This document shows positions 57,680-64,000 of a DNA stretch of 64,000 nucleotides, one piece after another. This DNA comes from Halanaerobiales bacterium. GTDB lineage: Bacteria > Bacillota > Halanaerobiia > Halanaerobiales > M55B127. Numbering within the stretch: position 1 is the first letter of the stretch; every line of letters starts with the position of its first letter. The stretch covers positions 7,795-71,794 of the forward strand of contig JAGYMU010000002.1 in the NCBI GenBank assembly GCA_018399995.1, in the 5' to 3' direction. The position numbers were made by a program, and so were the translations under genes. Under the pieces are notes generated by a model. The model had not been told where the DNA came from and did not search any database. It saw only the letters and a list, made by a program, of their open reading frames with translations.

Positions 57680-58161
57680 TGGATACGGTAGTATATCCCG
57701 GTAGTTTTGATCCTATTACAAAGGGCCATATTAATATCATAAAGAGAGCTGTTAATTTATTTGATGAGGTTATTGTGGCGGTTTTTAATAATCCCAATAA
57801 AGATCATATTTTTTCTATGGAAGAAAGAGTAAGCCTGTTAAAAGTGACTATAAGTGATATAGATAAGGTAAAAATAGATTCCTTTACAGGCCTTACTACA
57901 AATTATGTGAAATCACAAAAGGCTAAAGCTATTTTAAGAGGGCTTAGAGCTGTATCGGATTTTGAAGGAGAATTTCAAATGGCTTCTATGAATAAAGAAC
58001 TTGATGACAGTATTGAGACCATCTTTTTGATGACCGATACAAAATATGCTTTTTTGAGTTCCAGTTTGGTTAAAGAGGTGGCAAAGTTTGGTGGTAATTT
58101 GAATAATGTTGTGCCAGAACCGGTCGAAAAAGCCTTGCAAAAAAAATTCAAAGAACAATAA
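57679..58161 (+). CDS. coaD: Phosphopantetheine adenylyltransferase
   Basis: The start overlaps the rsmD stop (TAATG). YPGSFDPITKGH motif. Confidence 0.95.
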   Translation: MDTVVYPGSFDPITKGHINIIKRAVNLFDEVIVAVFNNPNKDHIFSMEERVSLLKVTISDIDKVKIDSFTGLTTNYVKSQKAKAILRGLRAVSDFEGEFQMASMNKELDDSIETIFLMTDTKYAFLSSSLVKEVAKFGGNLNNVVPEPVEKALQKKFKEQ

Positions 58162-58186
58162 GATAGATATCAGGAGTGGTCTTGTT

Positions 58187-59200
58187 ATGAATAAAGATAA
58201 ATTGACAAAAGGAATCGGAATTTTAATTATCATTTTTATAATCATAAATTTCATACCTACTTCCTATTATCTTATGTCACCCGGACTGGCTAAAGAATTA
58301 TCTTCGATAATTACAGTTGAAGGTGGATATAAGGATCAGATAGAGGGCAGCTTTCTGTTAACTGCTGTAGGCAGCCAGAAAGCGACTGTTTGGGATTATA
58401 TTTATCTCAAAGCATTTAATCCTGCTGGTTATGAGCTGGAGTTATTAACAGATCAATTACCTGAAAATATAAATATGGAGAGGTATTTACAGATGATGGC
58501 TGATTTAATGGAGGAAAGCAAATTAACAGCCGAAGCCGTTGCTTTACAAAAAAATGGCTATGATATTCAGGTTCATGGTGGTGGGGTAGAAATAATTGAA
58601 GTTTTAGAAAGCAGTGCTGCCTATAATAGATTAAAAAGTGGTGACACTATTGTAGAAGTTGATGGACAGAAGACTGAGCTTGCCTCTGAGGCAGTTGATA
58701 TAATAAGAAAACGCGAGATTGGTGATGAGGTAAAATTGGCGGTAATGCGTAATAATAACAAAATAACCATAAATGTTGAGACAATAGAACTTGCTGAAGA
58801 CCCCGGTAAGGCTTCAATTGGTATCTTGATAACAACCAAGAATTTAAGTTATGATTTTCCGGTTAAGGTTGAGTATAAAACCGGCAATATTGTTGGTCCA
58901 TCAGCCGGTGGTATGTTCGCCCTTGAAATTTATAATCAGTTGGTTAAAGAAGACCTGACAATGGGTAAAAAGATTGCCGGAACAGGAACCATAAACTTAA
59001 AAGGAGAAATTGGAGAAATAGATGGTGTTGTGCAGAAAATATTGGCTGCTAAAAAAGCTGGGGCAGAAATATTTATTTTACCGATTAAGAATCAAGAGGA
59101 GGCAAAAAAAGCCAATCTAAATATGAAACTCGTTCCAGTTAGAACATTTGATGATGTTATTGACTATCTAAATAAACAAAAGCTAAAAACTGCCGCTTAA
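58187..59200 (+). CDS. YlbL/SepM-family membrane-anchored PDZ plus Lon-like (S16) serine protease
   Basis: The track ORF starts at 58106 inside coaD. I use ATG 58187 (MNKDKLTKGIGILIIIFIII, a TM anchor). PDZ-like segment (GDTIVEVDG). Lon-type GPSAGG serine motif. Confidence 0.82.
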   Translation: MNKDKLTKGIGILIIIFIIINFIPTSYYLMSPGLAKELSSIITVEGGYKDQIEGSFLLTAVGSQKATVWDYIYLKAFNPAGYELELLTDQLPENINMERYLQMMADLMEESKLTAEAVALQKNGYDIQVHGGGVEIIEVLESSAAYNRLKSGDTIVEVDGQKTELASEAVDIIRKREIGDEVKLAVMRNNNKITINVETIELAEDPGKASIGILITTKNLSYDFPVKVEYKTGNIVGPSAGGMFALEIYNQLVKEDLTMGKKIAGTGTINLKGEIGEIDGVVQKILAAKKAGAEIFILPIKNQEEAKKANLNMKLVPVRTFDDVIDYLNKQKLKTAA

Positions 59201-60468
59201 TTTATTTTAATAACCTTATTTTTGTAATCCATTTTGGCAATTCTATATGAGGGATCTTGATATAAAAGGCTGAAAATATCAGTTGCGTAAAGATCGTAAC
59301 TTAAAGAATTTTTTAAAAGATCCTTCGTTTTGAAAGAAAGATCATTTAAATATTGGGATGGATTATAGATGAGAGGCAGGTCTGCTTCTTTAGATAAAAT
59401 CGAAAGCAGATTTTCTGCTTTAAGACTAACTCCCAATATACGTAGATAAGAAGGTCCTTTTTTATCATGTTTTTCTATTGTTTTTTGATCTAAATCAAAT
59501 AATATATTCAGTAAAATTCTCTGAAATCTGGTTTTTGTATAAGACCTGGTATTTAAAGCAGATATAAGCTGATTATAGTTGCCTGTTTTTTGAGCCACAG
59601 CTTTAATCCTTTGGGCTAAATTCGGGTTAACATCATGAATTTTTTTTAAATTATTCACATCTAAATGCCTTAATTTAGCCAGTATAATAAGGGCTAAATT
59701 ATCTTTTATCAAAGGTATTTTATTTTTTCTGATCTCATCTCTTAAGATTTTATAAGAATAGTTCGGTATTTTATCTTTTATTTTATCTAGATTATTTTTA
59801 TATATAGCACGCCTGATCGATGTGGCACTGATGTATTTGTCCTCAATGTTATCAGAATGATAGTTTTGACCAATTCTTTTGATAGTCTTAAGATCAATAT
59901 TTAATTGATATTTCTGTTTTGCTTTCAGATATTCTATACCAAGGATGTTATTAGAACCACCTAGAATTTTATAAATATTTTCCTTTTTACTGATCGATTC
60001 TAATTTTTTTACCTTTATAATATCAAGCAGGGCATTTTTTCGGGCAACTGGATAGGCCTGTCCCTTTTTTAGGTAATTTTTAAGTCGTTTTTCATAATAT
60101 TGATTACTGCTGAGCATCAGGGAGGAAATTTTAGCTAGAATTTCAATTTGGCCTAGCTCACTGCCAAAAACGACCTGGTCAACTATATTCAGACTATCTA
60201 GAAGGCGCAGAGAAGACTGTGCAAAGTATTCAGCACTCCTTATGCTAAAACATAAGGGCAGTTCTATTAACAGGTCTACGCCCCCCTTTAAGGCCATTTT
60301 CGTTCTATTCCACTTATCACAGAGAGCAGGGGTGCCACGTTGTGTAAAATGTCCAGACATTATGGCTATTATATAATCGGCCTTTGTTATTTCCCGCGTT
60401 TTATTAATGTGATATAGGTGGCCTTTGTGAAAAGGATTATATTCAACGATAATACCGACTATTTTCAT
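59197..60468 (-). CDS. tmcAL: tRNA(Met) cytidine acetate ligase TmcAL (YlbM, UPF0348 nucleotidyltransferase)
   Basis: The track ORF starts at 60477. I use ATG 60468 (MKIVGIIVEYNPFHKGH), 8 nt after AAGGA. HxGH-type nucleotidyltransferase motif. The stop overlaps the stop of the convergent ylbL-like gene. Confidence 0.82.
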   Translation of the reverse strand: MKIVGIIVEYNPFHKGHLYHINKTREITKADYIIAIMSGHFTQRGTPALCDKWNRTKMALKGGVDLLIELPLCFSIRSAEYFAQSSLRLLDSLNIVDQVVFGSELGQIEILAKISSLMLSSNQYYEKRLKNYLKKGQAYPVARKNALLDIIKVKKLESISKKENIYKILGGSNNILGIEYLKAKQKYQLNIDLKTIKRIGQNYHSDNIEDKYISATSIRRAIYKNNLDKIKDKIPNYSYKILRDEIRKNKIPLIKDNLALIILAKLRHLDVNNLKKIHDVNPNLAQRIKAVAQKTGNYNQLISALNTRSYTKTRFQRILLNILFDLDQKTIEKHDKKGPSYLRILGVSLKAENLLSILSKEADLPLIYNPSQYLNDLSFKTKDLLKNSLSYDLYATDIFSLLYQDPSYRIAKMDYKNKVIKIN

Positions 60469-60493
60469 TTTTATCATCCTTTATAAAAATATG

Positions 60494-60524
60494 TGTATAT
60501 TTTAATATTATCAGAAAATATACA
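60494..60524. repeat. Perfect 10-bp inverted repeat TGTATATTTT-(11 nt)-AAAATATACA in the tmcAL/pta divergent region
   Basis: Read directly from the sequence (arms at 60494-60503 and 60515-60524). Begins 26 nt upstream of the tmcAL start. Confidence 0.55.
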
Positions 60525-60615
60525 TAATAACAAAGACCTATTTATATAAAGTTTACATATAGAATTATTTTAATTTTTATAATATAATGTAATATAAGAT
60601 AGGAGGCATATAAAG

Positions 60616-61617
60616 ATGAATGTTATGAAGGTATTTAAAAACAAAGCCCGACAGAACAAACAAAAAATTGTATTACCAGAAGGTATTGAACCAAGGATAA
60701 TTAATGCCTTAACTCAAATAAAAGAAGAAAAATTGGCAGATATTATTCTATTAGGCCAAGAGAGTGAGATTAAAAATATTGCTCAGCAGGCAGATGTGGA
60801 TTTAACTGATATAGAAATAATAAATCCCCATGATTCAGTACTTAGAGAGGAGTTTACAGAAACTTTATTTAAATTACGCAAAGAGAAAGGGCTTCTAAAA
60901 GAGGATGCTTTTAAAAAAGTTTCAGATCCCCTATATTTTGGAGCTTTAATGGTTTATACTGAAAGAGCAGATGGTCTATTAGCTGGTTCTATAAATGCAA
61001 CAGGTGATGTTTTAAGACCTGCTTTACAGATTATAAAAACAAAAGACGATATATCGGTTGTATCGGGTGCAATGATCATGGATGTTCCTGATACTGAATT
61101 TGGTCAGGAAGGAATCTTTATATTTTCTGATGTTGCGGTTAATCCCAATCCTGATGCCAATCAGCTAGCTGAAATAGCTGTATCATCAGCAGAAACAGCA
61201 GGGCTTCTACCTAATTTAGATCCCGTGGTAGCAATGCTTTCATTTTCCACAAAAGGCAGTGCTAAACACGAATTGGCTGATAAGGTGATTGTAGCTACTA
61301 ATTTAGCTCAAGAACAGGCTCCTGATATACTTATTGATGGCGAACTACAGCTGGATGCTGCAATAGTACCTTCTGTTGCCGAAAAAAAGTCACCGGAGAG
61401 TCCTGTTGCCGGCAAAGCCAATGTATTAATATTTCCTGATCTACAGGCTGGAAATATAGGGTATAAATTAGTACAGAGGTTGGCTAAGGCAGATGCAATT
61501 GGACCCATTTTACAGGGGATGGCAAAGCCAGTTAATGATCTATCTAGAGGATGTTCAGTTCAGGATATTGTAAATGTTGTAGCTATTACAGCAGTTCAGG
61601 CCCAAAACTTAAAATAA
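60616..61617 (+). CDS. pta: Phosphate acetyltransferase (short, single-domain form)
   Basis: 333-aa ORF. RBS TAGGAGG. Pattern KIVLPEG.EPR...AG...FPDL.AGNIGYK...GP.LQG is typical of Pta. Confidence 0.92.
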   Translation: MNVMKVFKNKARQNKQKIVLPEGIEPRIINALTQIKEEKLADIILLGQESEIKNIAQQADVDLTDIEIINPHDSVLREEFTETLFKLRKEKGLLKEDAFKKVSDPLYFGALMVYTERADGLLAGSINATGDVLRPALQIIKTKDDISVVSGAMIMDVPDTEFGQEGIFIFSDVAVNPNPDANQLAEIAVSSAETAGLLPNLDPVVAMLSFSTKGSAKHELADKVIVATNLAQEQAPDILIDGELQLDAAIVPSVAEKKSPESPVAGKANVLIFPDLQAGNIGYKLVQRLAKADAIGPILQGMAKPVNDLSRGCSVQDIVNVVAITAVQAQNLK

Positions 61618-61994
61618 ATTATAATTAAATTATTGTGAAGTGAAGAAGGGAATAATTTTTTTAAAATATTAACCTCCAAAAAATATTGAGAGTTAGAAAT
61701 TAAAAAACTAAATAGTACTAATAATGATTAAAGATATAAAGGCACAATATATTACTAAGATGAAAATAATATCTAATAGATAATCAAAGGATTATTGATT
61801 TTTAAGTTCAGTATAATATCCTTATAGATCTGTTTAATCACCTTGATCCTTTGTATTAGCGGTTATTTTTATGCTTTATTAAATAATGAAATTTTGTTTT
61901 AATAAGAGATCTTTTATTGTATAGTTAATTTTATATATCAAAGGGCTCTGTATAATATAAATGACTTAAAATCATCTTAACTAGGAGGGAAATA

Positions 61995-63194
61995 ATGAAA
62001 ATTTTAGTATTAAATAGTGGGAGTTCATCAATAAAATTCCAATTATTCAATATCGAAGAAGAAAAAGTACTGGCTAAAGGCCTTGTGGAGAGAATCGGCA
62101 TTGGTGATTCAGCCATAGAATATGAAAATATTGAAGGTAAGGAAGTTAATAAAACATTAGATATCTCCAATCACCGGGATGGAATTCAGGATGTGATGGA
62201 TATACTCCTTGATCCTGAGGTGGGCATGTTAGAGGATATAGATGAAATTTATGCTGTTGGACATAGAGTTGTTCATGGGGGCGAACAATTTGCTCACTCA
62301 ACTTTAATTACCGATGAAGTACTCGATAAAATAGAGGATGTATCTTCTTTAGCTCCTTTACATAATCCGCATAACATATCTGGTATCAAAGTTTGTAAAG
62401 AGCTATTGCCTGGCAAACCGCAGGTAGGTGTTTTTGATACGGCTTTTCACCAATCTATGCCGGAAAAGGCATATATATATGCTATACCCTATGAATACTA
62501 TAAAGAATATGAAGTTAGGCGCTATGGTTTTCATGGGACATCTCATCAATATGTTGCTAATCGAGCAGCTGAATTAATGGGTAAGGATATAAAAGACCTT
62601 AAAATTATTACCTGTCATTTGGGTAATGGAGCATCAATTACAGCAGTAGATAAAGGAAAATCCGTTGATACTAGTATGGGTATGACACCTCTAGAAGGTT
62701 TGGTAATGGGAACAAGAAGTGGTGATTTGGATCCTGCTATCATACCTTTTTTAATGGAAAAAGAAGATTTAGATACAGAAGAAATTGATAATATATTAAA
62801 TAAAGAAAGTGGTCTATTGGGTATTTCAGGTTTGAGTAATGATTCACGTGATGTACGACAGGCTGCCAGTAATGGTAACCACAGGGCAGCCCTGGCAGAT
62901 CAAATTTTTAACTACAGGGTAAGAAAATATATTGGATCATATATGGCTGTATTAAACGGGGTAGATGCAGTTGTTTTCACAGGAGGTATTGGTGAAAACG
63001 CTGGACCAGTTAGGGCAAATATCCTAAAAGACCTTAATAATTTAGGTTTTGATTTAGATCATAAAGCAAATAAAGTAAGGGGTGAAGAAAAAGAGATTAC
63101 CACCGATAAATCAAAAATAAAGGTTTTTGTGATCCCAACTAATGAGGAATTAGTTATTGCCAGAGATACGAAAAGAATTGTAGAAAATAAATAA
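61995..63194 (+). CDS. ackA: Acetate kinase
   Basis: 399-aa ORF. RBS TAGGAGGG. Motifs MKILVLNSGSSSIKF, GHRVVHGG, and FTGGIGEN. Confidence 0.96.
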   Translation: MKILVLNSGSSSIKFQLFNIEEEKVLAKGLVERIGIGDSAIEYENIEGKEVNKTLDISNHRDGIQDVMDILLDPEVGMLEDIDEIYAVGHRVVHGGEQFAHSTLITDEVLDKIEDVSSLAPLHNPHNISGIKVCKELLPGKPQVGVFDTAFHQSMPEKAYIYAIPYEYYKEYEVRRYGFHGTSHQYVANRAAELMGKDIKDLKIITCHLGNGASITAVDKGKSVDTSMGMTPLEGLVMGTRSGDLDPAIIPFLMEKEDLDTEEIDNILNKESGLLGISGLSNDSRDVRQAASNGNHRAALADQIFNYRVRKYIGSYMAVLNGVDAVVFTGGIGENAGPVRANILKDLNNLGFDLDHKANKVRGEEKEITTDKSKIKVFVIPTNEELVIARDTKRIVENK

Positions 63195-63262
63195 ATAGCT
63201 TGACAATTATTTATTATTTTTTATATAATTAAGTCTGGCTCATATATATAGAGGTGAAAAAA

Positions 63263-63733
63263 ATGATTTTGGATCTTAGTGATCTCAAAGAAGTTGGAAG
63301 CCAAAAGAACTATGTAAAAGAAATTGAAGTGTCTAAGATTGATTACAGACACAAAGAGATAAAATTAAAAGGCCCTATAAAAGTAAATTTGGATGTATTA
63401 AAAACCGAAAGATCATTTGTCTTAAAGGGAGATTTGGAATGCACATTGGTTTTACAGTGCAGCAGATGTTTGAAATATTTTGATTACATGATTGAAGTTG
63501 AGATTAGTGATGAGCTGAATATTGAAGACATCGAAGACTTACACAATATAAATATATTTCCTCACTTGGTCAGCGATATTATACTGGAAATTCCGATCAA
63601 ACCTCTTCACGATGAAAACTGTAAGGGGCTCTGTCCAATTTGTGGTCAGAATCTAAATGAAGGTGATTGTGATTGTGAAGTTGAAAATATTGATCCAAGA
63701 TTGGAAAAATTAAAAGAATTTAAACAAAAATAG
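63263..63733 (+). CDS. yceD: YceD/YlbN-family protein (DUF177), large-subunit ribosome assembly associated
   Basis: The track ORF starts at GTG 63254. I use ATG 63263, after AGAGGTG. Cys motifs CSRC...CKGLCPICGQNLN..CDC. Immediately upstream of rpmF, as in most bacteria. Confidence 0.85.
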   Translation: MILDLSDLKEVGSQKNYVKEIEVSKIDYRHKEIKLKGPIKVNLDVLKTERSFVLKGDLECTLVLQCSRCLKYFDYMIEVEISDELNIEDIEDLHNINIFPHLVSDIILEIPIKPLHDENCKGLCPICGQNLNEGDCDCEVENIDPRLEKLKEFKQK

Positions 63734-63757
63734 AAAACATAGGGGAGGTGTTAGGAT

Positions 63758-63931
63758 ATGGCGGTTCCTAAAAGAAGAACTTCTAAATCAAGAAAAAGAA
63801 AACGCCGTACACATTGGAAGTTGAAAGCTCCAAATTTAGTAAATTGTCCGGAATGCGATGAATTGATATTATCACACCGAGCATGTCCAAACTGCGGATA
63901 TTATAAGGGTGAAAAAGTAATTAACACATAA
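63758..63931 (+). CDS. rpmF: 50S ribosomal protein L32 (Cys-containing form)
   Basis: Not in the ORF track (57 aa). ATG 63758, 8 nt after [31 protein letters not shown] is the L32 signature. CPEC...CPNC zinc ribbon. Confidence 0.95.
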   Translation: MAVPKRRTSKSRKRKRRTHWKLKAPNLVNCPECDELILSHRACPNCGYYKGEKVINT

Positions 63932-63940
63932 AAGAGATAA

Positions 63941-63976
63941 AGGCAGGCCAGGTTTAAAACTAAGGCCTGCCTTTTT
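63941..63976 (+). terminator. Rho-independent terminator after rpmF
   Basis: 9-bp GC-rich stem AGGCAGGCC/GGCCTGCCT (63941-63949 / 63964-63972), followed by TTTTT. Confidence 0.8.
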
Positions 63977-64000
63977 ACGTAGTGATGTGTTTTTTAAATA

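Noticed and set aside
61630-61880. Rex half-site TTGTGAA near 61634 and a cre-like TGTATTAGCGGTTA near 61853 in the pta-ackA spacer.
   Set aside because: The Rex site lacks the second half-site (TTCACAA). The cre candidate mismatches the conserved G and A positions flanking the central CG.
1-64000. Search for CRISPR arrays, IS elements, transposases, integrases, tRNA/rRNA genes, toxin-antitoxin pairs or defence-island genes.
   Set aside because: No regularly spaced direct repeats, terminal inverted repeats, recombinase or transposase motifs, or cloverleaf-like sequences were seen. Every ORF over 90 aa not dismissed as antisense has a housekeeping-type assignment, except the 311-aa HlyD-like protein and the UPF0104 membrane protein.

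Overview
AT-rich (by eye about one-third G+C) chromosomal core region of a low-GC Firmicute, probably a Clostridia-type anaerobe. An outer-membrane-type protein hints at a diderm lineage such as Halanaerobiales, but that is inference only. Nearly every gene is a conserved housekeeping gene in classical Firmicute order. (1) The dcw cluster ftsI-murE-murF-mraY-murD-ftsW-murG-murC-ftsQ-ftsA-ftsZ, then the ylm block (pgeF, yggS, yggT, ylmH, divIVA) and a T-box-controlled ileS. (2) A short accessory-looking stretch: MATE exporter, rluD, flavodiiron protein plus nitroreductase, an EF-G paralog, a secreted patatin with a beta-barrel-like tail, and RqcH. (3) remA-gmk-coaBC, an inserted tldD-pmbA-metK-UPF0104 block, then priA-def-fmt, a Zn-peptidase, rlmN-prpC-prkC-rsgA-rpe-thiN, a two-subunit fumarate hydratase and rpmB. 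(4) asp23-DAK2-degV-recG-rsmD-coaD-ylbL-tmcAL-pta-ackA-yceD-rpmF. I call 58 CDS (rpmF is absent from the ORF track, and many track starts are trimmed to RBS-supported starts), one T-box leader, and several sigma-A-like promoters and rho-independent terminators. I see no rRNA or tRNA genes, CRISPR arrays, transposases, integrases, phage genes or a defence island, and I cannot honestly claim a novel multi-gene system. The most unusual signals are: (i) a cluster of DnaA-box-like 9-mers with a promoter inside a 382-nt non-coding spacer splitting murD from ftsW; (ii) a signal-peptide patatin whose C-terminal third looks like an outer-membrane beta-barrel ending in Phe (type Vd-like); (iii) a membrane-anchored HlyD-like protein inserted in the ylm cluster, which has no sepF; (iv) an EF-G-2-type paralog with Tyr at the catalytic His position. 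All functional calls rest on motifs read by eye and on synteny. No database search was run.
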